Source: Terriglobia bacterium
GTDB lineage: Bacteria > Acidobacteriota > Terriglobia > Acidiferrales > UBA7541
Direction of reading: 5' to 3'
Assembly: GCA_963803105.1 (NCBI GenBank)
Contig: CAWDLF010000003.1
Coordinates: forward strand, 25,518-89,517
DNA: 64,000 nucleotides
Positions within the stretch are counted from its first letter, which is position 1. Every line of letters starts with the position of its first letter. The notes beneath the pieces were generated by a model that had not been told where the DNA came from, made no database searches, and saw only the letters and a list, made by a program, of their open reading frames with translations. Positions 6,777 through 17,450 of the stretch are shown here, in pieces. Position numbers and translations under genes: made by a program.

Positions 6777-9041
6777 CTAGCGAGAATTGAATGTAGGCGA
6801 TGGCGCCGGCTTCTCCGGGTACAAACGCTCGAACTCCGGGTCGCCATGAAGAATGAGGAGATCCGGGTCGCGGCGGGCCCAGATGGAATCTTTCGAACCT
6901 GCTTCCCAGGCCTTACGCAAGGCATCCAGAGCCTCTGGCTTTCTTTTCAGACCGCAGTACACGCAGGCTGCGTTATAGAGAATAGAGGCTTCGTTGGCGC
7001 GCAACGTGACAGCCAGATTGAGCTCGCGCAAGGCGTCTTCCTCCCGCCCCAAAGCTGCATATTTGGCGCCTAGCAGAACGCGGGCCCGCGCGTCCTCAGG
7101 TACTTGTTTTAAGTGGTTTTCGAGCGCGACGACAACCCGGTGGGACATGTTGCGTCCAGCCTCTTCTTTGCCCATGGCGCCCAGAGAATTCATGATCGGC
7201 ACGTAGACGTTGTAGTCCTCGCCGCTTGCTTCAATCGCGGCCTCCGCAACATCCAGAACTTCCTGGTAGCGTCCCGCGGCGAACAGGGCGCGGCCCAGCA
7301 GATAGTAGGCGCCGTCGCAGTCACGCCTGCGCTCGATGGCCTTCTTGACCATGCGCACAGCTTCGTCGTGGAGTCCAGCGGCGTAAAGCACCCAAGCCTG
7401 GCTGACGTGCGTTTCGGGCAAGTCCCAACGCAGTGCTACGGCTCTGCTGGAAGCCTCGCGCGCGCGTTCAATCCAAACCTCATCGCGGGTGAAGATGGAG
7501 TAGTACATCGCGCAGGCGTTAGCGCAGGCGGCGTAAGCCAGGGCGAAGCTGGGGTCCATAGCCACTGCGTTTTCGAACATCTGCAGAGCGAACTCAACGT
7601 CCTGACGCGTCTGCCGCCGGGCGTAACGCTTGCCGCGCAGGTATTGATCATAGGCCTGCGGGTTTTCCGTGGGCTTGTCGGCGAGCGCCTCCAGTTCCTG
7701 CGGGGAAAGCGTCACGCGCAAAGCTTCTGCAATTTTGCGGGCCATCTCGTCCTGTACTTCAAAGACGTCCTTCATTTCGCGATCGAAGCGTTCGGACCAA
7801 AGCGGAAAATCGGTATGCGTGTCCACAAGTTGAGCGCTGATGCGCACACGCGTGCCGGAGCGACGCAAGGTACCAGTGAGGACGTAGGCTGCGCCCAGCT
7901 GTTGGCCGATCTGCGCAGGTGTCACCGACTTGTCGCGGAACGTCAGAACGGTAGGCCGCGAAAAGGTGTTCAGGCCACGAATTTTGGAGAGCTCGGTGAT
8001 GATGTCTTCGGTGATGCCATCGCGCAGATATTCGTCTTCCTTGGAGCCGCTCAAATTTTCAAAATAGAGAACGGCCACCGACTTTCCCGCCTGTTTTGGG
8101 GCGCCGGAGTCCGAATCGGTCCTTTCCTTCGAGCGGCGCTTACTGGATTCGAGGTCGCGCTTCAGCCGGCTCAGGTCGGTTTTCAGGTCAGTGGCCGTTT
8201 GGCAACGAAGATTGCGATCCTTTTCGAGGGTCTTATCCAGGATGCGCACAAAGTCCGCGGGCAGCGACGGATTTAATTCTCCGGCCGGCCTAGGGTCGCG
8301 GTTTAGGATCGCTTCGAAGATGACCGCCGACGTATCTCCCTGAAAGGGAAGCGTCCCAGTTGCCAGCTGATAGAGAACGGTTCCGGTGGAAAAAAGGTCT
8401 GTGCGGGCGTCCACAAGTTGGCCGCGGGCCTGCTCGGGAGACATATAGGAGACCGTGCCGATGGCCGAGCCTGGCGAAGTCAGTTCCAACTCGGCTGCCG
8501 AGGTCTTCCCTTGGCCGGTCGTGGTTCCCGGCGCAACTTCGCTCCGTGTTATCTTGGCCAGACCGAAATCCAGAATTTTTATCTCGCCACGGTCGGTGAG
8601 GAAGAGATTGGCGGGCTTGATGTCGCGGTGAACGATCCCCTTGGCGTGGGCCGATTCGAGTGCGTCTGCGATCTGCACGGAGAGCGGGAGCAGCCTATCC
8701 ATGTCCATCGGCTGGCGGGTCATCTTCTGTGCGAGTGTCTGCCCCTCCAGTAACTCCATGACGATGAAATAGCGGAGCTCGTGCTGCTCGATCGCGTGAA
8801 TGGTGCAGATGTTCGGGTGGTTGAGAGACGAAGCAGCCCGCGCCTCGCGCTGGAAGCGCTCGAGCGACTGAGTGTCCTGAGCCATTTCCGGGGGAAGGAA
8901 CTTCAGCGCCACGCGCCGGCCGAGCTGGGAATCCTCGGCTTCGTAAACAACGCCCATTCCGCCGGCTCCGACCTGTTTGATGATGTGGTAATGAGCGAGC
9001 GTCTGTCCCACAAGAGATGAAGTAGCGGCCATAAGAGGCAC
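6777..9041 (-). CDS. Ser/Thr protein kinase with a C-terminal TPR repeat region
   Basis: GAGGMGVVY, VALKFL, HRDIKPANL, DFGLA and SYMSPEQ kinase motifs, followed by TPR-like repeats in the C-terminal 300 aa. Confidence 0.9.
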   Translation of the reverse strand: MPLMAATSSLVGQTLAHYHIIKQVGAGGMGVVYEAEDSQLGRRVALKFLPPEMAQDTQSLERFQREARAASSLNHPNICTIHAIEQHELRYFIVMELLEGQTLAQKMTRQPMDMDRLLPLSVQIADALESAHAKGIVHRDIKPANLFLTDRGEIKILDFGLAKITRSEVAPGTTTGQGKTSAAELELTSPGSAIGTVSYMSPEQARGQLVDARTDLFSTGTVLYQLATGTLPFQGDTSAVIFEAILNRDPRPAGELNPSLPADFVRILDKTLEKDRNLRCQTATDLKTDLSRLKRDLESSKRRSKERTDSDSGAPKQAGKSVAVLYFENLSGSKEDEYLRDGITEDIITELSKIRGLNTFSRPTVLTFRDKSVTPAQIGQQLGAAYVLTGTLRRSGTRVRISAQLVDTHTDFPLWSERFDREMKDVFEVQDEMARKIAEALRVTLSPQELEALADKPTENPQAYDQYLRGKRYARRQTRQDVEFALQMFENAVAMDPSFALAYAACANACAMYYSIFTRDEVWIERAREASSRAVALRWDLPETHVSQAWVLYAAGLHDEAVRMVKKAIERRRDCDGAYYLLGRALFAAGRYQEVLDVAEAAIEASGEDYNVYVPIMNSLGAMGKEEAGRNMSHRVVVALENHLKQVPEDARARVLLGAKYAALGREEDALRELNLAVTLRANEASILYNAACVYCGLKRKPEALDALRKAWEAGSKDSIWARRDPDLLILHGDPEFERLYPEKPAPSPTFNSR

Positions 9042-9104
9042 ATGTTAGATGGTCGCAAGAGGCGAGTCAACGACGCGAGACGCTTTCAAGCGATTGCCTA
9101 TGGT

Positions 9105-10328
9105 TTACTGCGTCTTCTGGGCAATTTCTGTTAGGTCTTCTGTTATGCCGGCGATGGGTGACAACGTGGGGGGCGGGGTCAACTGCACCAAGAGCATCCT
9201 GCTATCGGAGTAATACTCCTGTCCGGTGCTAGTCCGCGCCTTGAATACAGGCGCGTCGGACTGCAGATACTCCTCGGCCGCGGGATGCGTCGCGATTGCC
9301 AGATCCTGGCCGATGAAGTCGCGTTCGGCGTCCACATTCGGGTCAATTCTGTGCAGAAGCTTCAACTTATGTTTCACGAAGTGAATTGAGACGTCGTGGG
9401 TTGCTGCGCCCACCCACAGAGGACTGCCGTCCACGGTGCGATCGGTTTTCCATATCCGCAGGTGGTGCCGCCGCCCAACGATAGCGGTAGGATCAGGCAT
9501 CACATAGGAATAATCCTGCGGCTTGCCAAAAACGTAGAGCCAGTTCATCGGCAATTTCGCGTAGTGCTGTCGTTGCCAGAATAGATGCCAAGCGATCCGA
9601 GGCGGCGTGCGTTTATCTACCTTGAGCCAACCGGATTGAGCGAAAGCCCGTTGAAGGTCGTCTTCTTTGGCTACAAACATTAGATTCAGCATATCGCCCT
9701 CGCGTCCCTCAGCGTCCAAGGCTCGCGGCGGTAGCACTTGCATGATTTCGCTGAGTTCGGAGGGACCTTCCCGCGCAACAGGCAAATCTGCGGCTTCCAG
9801 ATCGGAATCGTTCTGCGTATACGCGGTGAATTGCGCGCCTTTCAAGACCACACTGTCCTGGCCGCGAGACAGCAGAAACACCGGTGAGGCGGGCAGATAG
9901 ATCGCCGCGGTGACGGCTACACGCAATCCCATGCGGATAGAGTGTGATCTGCCTTTGAATTTCTTGCTGCCGATCAATGGGGCCATCTCCCCGGTGGAGA
10001 GTTCTACGGAATCGAGATTGACGACTACGGCGCCCCCTATTCCGAGAGGTCGTTTTCCTCGCACTCGAAGGACCGAACCCGTCGCCGGAGCTCCTGAACG
10101 GATCACGGTGAATCCTTCGACAACTACGTCATCTACGACTGTGAAGTCGAGGCGATCGCCCTTGCGAGCATGTGCGGAGGAAATGGTTTGCGCGATTTGG
10201 AGTTTTACGGGAGTGCCACTTTCCACGGCCACCTTAGCTGGGCCGGCAGGTAGGCCCTGGCCGAAAAGGCCGCTGGGCAGCAGTATAAGTGCCCAGACCA
10301 ATAAGACCCGGCACGCCGCGCTGGACAT
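9105..10328 (-). CDS. Secreted LssY C-terminal domain-like protein
   Basis: Signal peptide. The C-terminal half (WLKVDKRT...HHLRIWKT...PLWVGAATHDVS) resembles the LssY_C family. Confidence 0.6.
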   Translation of the reverse strand: MSSAACRVLLVWALILLPSGLFGQGLPAGPAKVAVESGTPVKLQIAQTISSAHARKGDRLDFTVVDDVVVEGFTVIRSGAPATGSVLRVRGKRPLGIGGAVVVNLDSVELSTGEMAPLIGSKKFKGRSHSIRMGLRVAVTAAIYLPASPVFLLSRGQDSVVLKGAQFTAYTQNDSDLEAADLPVAREGPSELSEIMQVLPPRALDAEGREGDMLNLMFVAKEDDLQRAFAQSGWLKVDKRTPPRIAWHLFWQRQHYAKLPMNWLYVFGKPQDYSYVMPDPTAIVGRRHHLRIWKTDRTVDGSPLWVGAATHDVSIHFVKHKLKLLHRIDPNVDAERDFIGQDLAIATHPAAEEYLQSDAPVFKARTSTGQEYYSDSRMLLVQLTPPPTLSPIAGITEDLTEIAQKTQ

Positions 10329-10497
10329 TTGGCAATCCTTTCTCTTCAGGCCAAACCGCTACTCGCGCGGCCGCGTGGAAAGCGCCATAGGTTCCTGACG
10401 CTGTCAGCTTAGCTTAGTAAAATTAAATGCGGTGGGCGATAGAAAATCTGTTCAAAACTGAACACCAGCGAGAATATTCATGCGGCTCGATCAGTAG

Positions 10498-11565
<1,068 letters not shown>

Positions 11566-11587
11566 GCGCCAGTTAGGAGCAGGGCAA

Positions 11588-11950
11588 ATGCCAGCACCGA
11601 AAGATGCTTTAAGGGAGCAGCTCTCCCGACATCGCGAAATTGACATCACCGTGACGGGCAGAAAATCGGGACGCTCTATCTCGATCCCTGTTTGGTTTGT
11701 ATTAGAGGGCGAGAAGCTTTACCTGCTCCCGGTGCAGGGGTCGGATACGCAGTGGTACAAAAACGTGCTCAAGGATCCGTCGATTCGGATCGGTGCGCGG
11801 GGCACGGAAACCGGAATCAAAGTTACTCCTATTACGGACGCCGCGGAGGTGTCGTCCGTGGTCGAGAAGTTTCGCGTAAAGTACGGGGCCGCCGACGTGA
11901 AGAAATACTATTCGAAATTGGATGTCGCGGCTGTCGCGCAGATTTCGTGA
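11588..11950 (+). CDS. Nitroreductase/quinone reductase family (DUF385-like) small protein
   Basis: The pattern TGRKSGRSISIPVWF...QWYKNVLKDPSIRI is typical of the deazaflavin-dependent nitroreductase-like family. Confidence 0.55.
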   Translation: MPAPKDALREQLSRHREIDITVTGRKSGRSISIPVWFVLEGEKLYLLPVQGSDTQWYKNVLKDPSIRIGARGTETGIKVTPITDAAEVSSVVEKFRVKYGAADVKKYYSKLDVAAVAQIS

Positions 11951-11968
11951 CTTTTCGGCGTTAGAGTC

Positions 11969-12949
11969 CTACCGATAGCCCTTGCCCCAACTGTAAGTGT
12001 ACTTCACGGCAAAGCCGGTATGCGCGGCGCCGTTTTGGTGCACGAGCGTCCTAGCGAACTCGAAGACGAGCACGTTCTGGGGATCGGGAGAGATATTCAG
12101 CTCGCTTCCCAGAGTGAAGTTCTGTTGCGTATTGTTCTGGTCCACGCCGTCGACGAACGTGACGCCGCCGAACGAGTAGCGCGTATCGAGAGAGGCCCAG
12201 ATTTTGGAGGTGAAGGAATAACTGATGTGTCCTTCGAGTCCGGGTAGTGCGTGTTGCCGGAGAGTTTCCGCTCCATGATAAGAGGTGTTGTCGGTGTAAA
12301 AATAGGCGTTGGCGTAGGCGTCGAACTCCCACTTCTTTCCGGGTCCGAAGGGGTACGCCACGGCGAATTCTGGTTTGAACGACCAGCGATTGGAACCCAG
12401 GTTGAGAAGTTTGTCGGCTTGATATGTTCCGGTGGGCGCGGTGACGGTAAGGCTCAAGCCGATAGCGGTGGTCTGCTGGTATTTTGCGAATTGCGCCACA
12501 CTCAGCGCGGGCCCTCCCTTTAGCAACACAGCCCACTCATAGCTAGAGTCTCCGGTGCCGGTACTGGAGCTATGGACGTCAGTGCCGTTCACCGAGCCGT
12601 CGAGGCCGGCGACCGGGACGCTGACCTCCACCCAGGACAGACGGTGGGCGAAACTGAAATCGCGCGTGTAGTTAATGACTCCCTGATTCAGGTTGAGTTC
12701 CGCCCCCGCGATGATCAGCGAAGTATCAATCGAGGTATTCGAGTGCGAGTAGTCGTAGTCAAGCTCGAGCTGATTGACGCCTACGGGAGTATTGTCATAA
12801 GTGCGCGGGTCCGTGAACTGCGCGACCAGCGGGCGCGGAAAATGAAGGACGGCGAGCGAAAAAAGGACCAAGAGCAGCCGCTTGTGCACGGCACAATCTA
12901 GCAGACCCCCCGATTGGCCGTAAACATCTGCGTACGCCGGTTTGCGCAT
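11969..12949 (-). CDS. Outer-membrane beta-barrel protein (MetA-pathway/transporter-like)
   Basis: Signal-like N-terminus, alternating amphipathic beta pattern, and a C-terminal aromatic end (...YSWGKGYR). The start is uncertain (a GTG at 12889 is possible). Confidence 0.55.
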   Translation of the reverse strand: MRKPAYADVYGQSGGLLDCAVHKRLLLVLFSLAVLHFPRPLVAQFTDPRTYDNTPVGVNQLELDYDYSHSNTSIDTSLIIAGAELNLNQGVINYTRDFSFAHRLSWVEVSVPVAGLDGSVNGTDVHSSSTGTGDSSYEWAVLLKGGPALSVAQFAKYQQTTAIGLSLTVTAPTGTYQADKLLNLGSNRWSFKPEFAVAYPFGPGKKWEFDAYANAYFYTDNTSYHGAETLRQHALPGLEGHISYSFTSKIWASLDTRYSFGGVTFVDGVDQNNTQQNFTLGSELNISPDPQNVLVFEFARTLVHQNGAAHTGFAVKYTYSWGKGYR

Positions 12950-13063
12950 TGGGTCGATAGCACTGACGACAAATTCGTTGTGTCCAGGGCAGAAGAGGGC
13001 GTACGATTCGTCTGAAACTGAGCCAAATCGGAATCTCGATTGGAGTCTCTTGGTAGCGCGCTA

Positions 13064-13426
13064 ATGCTGATCGAAGTCACCGAAAAAGACGATATTTGCC
13101 TCGTGCGTTTCGAGGGGCGTTTCGTGTCTGGCTGGGATCCGGACTACGTCCGCGCCAAGGACGAAATCGCAGGACGCCGCTGCGATAAGGTACTGGCCGA
13201 CTTCCGCGATGTTTCGCAGATCGGCTCGACAGGCATCGGCTTCATCGTGGCCATTTACGTTTCCGTCCGCAGACATTCCCAAGGCCGTTTCGTAGTGGTG
13301 GGTTTACAGCGCCGTGTGCGCGAAGTGTTCGACATCACGCGTGTCAGCACGGTGATCCCCTTGGCAGAAGATATGGCATCCGGTTTGGCGGCACTCCGCT
13401 CCGAGACCTCAGCCGCAGCGGGTTGA
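13064..13426 (+). CDS. STAS-domain protein (anti-sigma-factor antagonist-like)
   Basis: MLIEVTEKDDICLVRFEGRF...SQIGSTGIGFIV...RVREVFDITRV is a typical SpoIIAA/STAS layout. Confidence 0.7.
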   Translation: MLIEVTEKDDICLVRFEGRFVSGWDPDYVRAKDEIAGRRCDKVLADFRDVSQIGSTGIGFIVAIYVSVRRHSQGRFVVVGLQRRVREVFDITRVSTVIPLAEDMASGLAALRSETSAAAG

Positions 13427-13485
13427 GACTACTCCCCCGGTAACCCGACTTGTGATGCAGGCAAAGCCCCCACTGGATTGTTGCG

Positions 13486-14661
13486 TCAAGCATGAGCCCG
13501 ATCCGCAGCGTGCGTATGCTCCGCAGCAGCGTGCGAATGTTCCGCTGTAGCATGCGAGTGCGACCGTTCCCCCTGCTCGTAAATAGCTTTGGCTGAACCG
13601 ACGATGTGCGGATCAGGGGCAGTGACGACATCCGTGTCCTTACCGGCATAGGGAATGGTGTAGAGGATGTGCCTGATTGCGTTGAGTCGCGCGCGTTTCT
13701 TGTCATCGGAGCGCACGATCGTCCAGGGCGCGTCAGCGGTGTCGGTGTAAAAAAGCATCGCCTCTTTGGCTTTGGTATAGGAGTCCCACCGGCCCAGGGA
13801 TTCCACATCCATCGGGCTGAGCTTCCATTGTTTCAGGGGATCTCGCGCCCGGCCGAGAAACCGTCGTAGTTGCTCTTCGCGGCTGACGGAAAACCAGAAT
13901 TTGTAGAATCGGATTCCGCTACGCACCATCATCCGCTCGAATTCCGGCGTCTGGCGCATGAATTCCAGATATTCGTGCGGGGTGCAAAAGCCCATCACGT
14001 GCTCGACACCCGCACGGTTGTACCAGGAGCGGTCGAAGAAGACGATTTCACCTTTGGTGGGAAGTTTTTCGATATAACGCTGGAAATACCACTGTCCCCG
14101 CTCGGTATCCGAAGGTTTTGCCAAAGCCACGACTTTTGCGCCGCGAGGATTGAGATTTTCCGTGAAGCGCTGGATCGTTCCTCCCTTGCCAGCGGCGTCA
14201 CGCCCTTCGAAGAGCAGCACGATGCGTTCACCGACTTCCTTTGCCCAAGCCTGCATCTTGACCAGTTCGATCTGCAGCAATTGGATCTTTTTCAGATACT
14301 CGGAGTTCTTCATTTGCTTGTCATACGGGTAATTGGAACTGATGATGTCCCTTTTACTCTTCGCCTTCTTTACCTTGGCGATCAGTTCATGGGGAATGCT
14401 GGTCCGAACCTGTTCATCAATCAGTTCGATCATGGGAAAGGCGCTTTTCTTCTCCTTCGCTTTCTGCTTCTCAGCTTTCTCGAGGGCCTTTATTTGTTTC
14501 TTTTCCTGCTTGCGGCCTGGTTCTGGCAAAACCACCAGCCCCGCGGGAATGCTGGGCCGCAGCTGTTCGCCGATCAAGTCCGTCATGGGGAAAGTGCCGG
14601 CGAGCAGTTTGGTGGAGCTCTTTTTGCCGTTCGATTTATGATTCTCGGTTTCGGCCTTCAT
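13486..14661 (-). CDS. ppk2: Polyphosphate kinase 2 with an N-terminal repeat extension and a His-rich tail
   Basis: GRDAAGKGGTI (Walker A), FDRSWYNRAGVEHVMGF and other PPK2 motifs. The N-terminal motif is duplicated, as FPMTDLIGEQLRPSIP and FPMIELIDEQVRTSIP. Confidence 0.9.
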   Translation of the reverse strand: MKAETENHKSNGKKSSTKLLAGTFPMTDLIGEQLRPSIPAGLVVLPEPGRKQEKKQIKALEKAEKQKAKEKKSAFPMIELIDEQVRTSIPHELIAKVKKAKSKRDIISSNYPYDKQMKNSEYLKKIQLLQIELVKMQAWAKEVGERIVLLFEGRDAAGKGGTIQRFTENLNPRGAKVVALAKPSDTERGQWYFQRYIEKLPTKGEIVFFDRSWYNRAGVEHVMGFCTPHEYLEFMRQTPEFERMMVRSGIRFYKFWFSVSREEQLRRFLGRARDPLKQWKLSPMDVESLGRWDSYTKAKEAMLFYTDTADAPWTIVRSDDKKRARLNAIRHILYTIPYAGKDTDVVTAPDPHIVGSAKAIYEQGERSHSHATAEHSHAAAEHTHAADRAHA

Positions 14662-14956
14662 ATTTTCCTCTTCTCGCTATGGGGCTGCGCTTTCCAGGGT
14701 CTTGTGATGCGCCGGAGAATTTTGCGGTAAGGCAATTTAAAAGCCATTTTGGATGCTGCCGGGAAGGGCAGTTCAGCCATTGGCCGGGATTTATTGGTTG
14801 ATGGAGGGGCAGCGGTCCCAAGTTTTGGACCGGCTGAGAGGCTACTCGGCGCGAGGGGAAGAATCCAATCCAATTCGTGAATTCACATCATTTGGCACGA
14901 TGATGGATCGGCATTCGATCTTCGCCTGGAATCCCCCCCCGCCCCCGGTGCCGCTG

Positions 14957-15607
14957 CTATTGCGCCGTCGCGGGCGGCGCCACGTTCTTTACCAGGAGGG
15001 GATTGATGTATCCCGCCGGCAGCGTCCGGTCGGGATCGGGCCGCACGCTGAGATAGGTCACCTGATCTGTGATGTGGCTCCACACGTGAAGTACGCCGGG
15101 CGGAATGATGATGATGTCGCCCGGCCCAACCCTCCGACTTACTGCGCCCGGCCCCGCAGCGGCGCTGCCGCCAGGACCGTTCAAGATGCTGTAAGTTGCG
15201 CTGGGCTTCTTATCGATCAGCGCACCGCCCGTGGTCAGCACGCCGCCGCCGGAGAGAATGATGTACGTTTCCGCCGTGTAATCGTGATATGGGCCAGTGA
15301 CCGGTTCGCCCGGCTTGTCGTTTGTCGGGCCGCGATGGATAACGCCGACCGCGAGGTTGTATTTGCCCATGTCGACCACGCGAAGCTGCTGGTCAACGGC
15401 AGGCGGAGCGTTTTTCAACAGGGTATCGACGTCGCTCTTCAGAATGTCGAAGGCCATCATCGGTGCTGCGCCTGGTTGCCCAAACGCGGGCGGTGGAACC
15501 GCGGGCACGCCAGACGACGCGCCAGCAGGCGGAGCTGACTGGGCGGAACCGATCGCCGGACATACTGCGAAAACGATGGCAATAACTCCAAGGATGACCC
15601 TTTGCAT
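14957..15607 (-). CDS. Secreted cupin-domain protein
   Basis: AAGGAGAA RBS before the ATG at 15607 and a signal peptide. The cupin-like core is HDYTAETYIILSGGG...IIIPPGVLHVW. Confidence 0.7.
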   Translation of the reverse strand: MQRVILGVIAIVFAVCPAIGSAQSAPPAGASSGVPAVPPPAFGQPGAAPMMAFDILKSDVDTLLKNAPPAVDQQLRVVDMGKYNLAVGVIHRGPTNDKPGEPVTGPYHDYTAETYIILSGGGVLTTGGALIDKKPSATYSILNGPGGSAAAGPGAVSRRVGPGDIIIIPPGVLHVWSHITDQVTYLSVRPDPDRTLPAGYINPLLVKNVAPPATAQ

Positions 15608-15981
15608 AGCTTTCTCCTTTGTGCGTTGTGTGGAAGTGATCGAACGATGGAACATAGCGACGCTATCGGAAAGAGATATTACTCCAAAATGGTCTCTGTG
15701 GTGGTCAAGTACTGACGAACGCGGCCGGCGGAAAACGGACTGCCGGCGGGTTTTTCTTCACTTGCTTTTTACCCATTGCGGGCGTAAGAGTGGGCTTTGT
15801 AGGAAGCTTTGCACGGGAGGGAGTTATGACTCCACCGGGCATAGACGCTTAACACCGTTCGACGCACCGCTTTTGCGGTGCGAAACCTGGGCGGCGCTTA
15901 CGGTGCTACCGCAGGTTGGAGAACACGCAAAACGGGGAGCTGCCAGGCTTCCCGTTTTGTTTTTTGGGGGGCAGTCTGGGT

Positions 15982-16671
15982 CTATTCGGGCTCGGCGGGG
16001 CTCACTGCGGCAGGCGCCTTGGGCAGAGATGCCTTCGCGCGGTCGGACCTGTGCGACCTCCAAAAATGAATTGCCGCGGGCAGGAATGACGCGACGATGA
16101 CCACCGCAATGATGTAATGGATTCGCTTGTCGATATTCGGAACCGTGCGTCCCAGGCCGTAGCCCAGCAGCACCGTGCTCCACACCCATAGGATTCCACC
16201 CGCGATGTCGTATGCCAAATAGCGCGCGTATTTCATCTTCGCGGCTCCGGCGACGGGAGGGCAAAAGGTACGGACGATGGGAATGAACCGCGCCAGGATG
16301 ACGGTCTTTCCGCCGTACGCTTCGTAGAATTCGTGTGCGCGTTCGAGGTGGCGTTTCTTGAAGAATCGCGAGTCTTCGCGCCGGTAGAGCCCCTGTCCCG
16401 CTTTGCGGCCGACCAAGTAGCCAATCTGGTCGCCGGCGATGGCGCAGAGGGTGACAAAGGTAAGTAGTTCCGCGAGCTTTAAATGTCCGCTGGCGGCAAA
16501 AACGCCCGCGGTGACCAGCAGGGAATCGCCCGGCAGGAAGAAGCCCACGAACATGCCGGTTTCGACGAACACGATCGCGCACACCAGCAGGGTGCCGCCC
16601 CATTCGACAATTTCACGGACGTTATAGACGTCCCCAACAAGCTGCTGAATGCTGTGCATCATCTTCACCAT
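15982..16671 (-). CDS. DedA family membrane protein
   Basis: VFVETGMFVGFFLPGDSLLV, GRKAG and ARFIPIVRTF motifs. The start is uncertain (16659-16710). Confidence 0.85.
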   Translation of the reverse strand: MVKMMHSIQQLVGDVYNVREIVEWGGTLLVCAIVFVETGMFVGFFLPGDSLLVTAGVFAASGHLKLAELLTFVTLCAIAGDQIGYLVGRKAGQGLYRREDSRFFKKRHLERAHEFYEAYGGKTVILARFIPIVRTFCPPVAGAAKMKYARYLAYDIAGGILWVWSTVLLGYGLGRTVPNIDKRIHYIIAVVIVASFLPAAIHFWRSHRSDRAKASLPKAPAAVSPAEPE

Positions 16672-16823
16672 ACCAGAAAAGTTCGAGCCCACCCTCCCCG
16701 ATAGTCCCATCTCGCGGCTAGTACTTTACTCCCAGCGGATTTGGCTCTCTGTACCATTGGCCGGGTTGGCGCCGGAAGCGAGTATGGGTGTGACAGAGGA
16801 CGGCAAATTCGAGGGGGGCACTG

Positions 16824-17030
16824 ATGATAGGCGGTTACGCGGTGTGGATGGGGCAGCCTGTGATCCTAAGAGTGACGACAGGCAGTTTGCGGGTGCCTTT
16901 GCGAGGGCGTTTGCTGTCGGAAACGAACGAATCGGTGCGGTTGCGGATCGCTGACAGCTGGGATGTGGACGTTTTCAAGTCCATGGTCGTGGCCGTAGAG
17001 CACGATCAGCCGGTGTACGTAGTCAACTAG
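16824..17030 (+). CDS. Hypothetical small protein (68 aa)
   Basis: ORF only. No family was recognised. Confidence 0.3.
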   Translation: MIGGYAVWMGQPVILRVTTGSLRVPLRGRLLSETNESVRLRIADSWDVDVFKSMVVAVEHDQPVYVVN

Positions 17031-17402
17031 ACGGGTGGACGGCGGCGGAAACGCCGTCGTGAACGGGCGCTGGAGACATCGCCATGCGGCAAAAATGGAT
17101 GGTGGTTCGAGATACGCTAATCGTCCTGAGCATGCAGATCGTCTTCCGGACTGTGATGATTATGCGCCGCATGAACTACTAGAGATTGGGGTCGTCCGAA
17201 ACGCGGGCCGCCCGAACAGATTTACCGCCCAGTCCCCCTCAGTCCCCCGGCCCTGGATCCGTTCCCCCGCGGATCCGGGGCTTCCTCTTTTTGGGGCTGG
17301 ATCTGAAAACGCGAGCGCCGGCGATGGTTTGCCTCAGAAGCGAACGGACGGATGCGAGAAGCTCGATCGATTGAAGCGAACAAGGCAGTCGAAAAAACGA
17401 AA

Positions 17403-17432
17403 CCGGGCTGCCCGCACAAAAGCGCAGCCCGG
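17403..17432 (-). terminator. Intrinsic terminator downstream of the PEP-CTERM gene
   Basis: CCGGGCTGC (17403-17411) pairs with GCAGCCCGG (17424-17432). On the minus strand it is followed by TTTCGTTTTTTCG. Confidence 0.6.
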
Positions 17433-17450
17433 CTCGAATGATGATCCCGC

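Noticed and set aside
7113-8276. 387-aa plus-strand ORF
   Set aside because: It is antisense to the Ser/Thr kinase/TPR gene and has no recognisable motifs.
14870-14915. TTGGCAC in the intergenic region upstream of the PPK2/cupin genes
   Set aside because: No TTGC-like -12 element follows at the required 5-nt spacing (TGGCAC-GATGA-TGGAT), so it is not a sigma-54 promoter.
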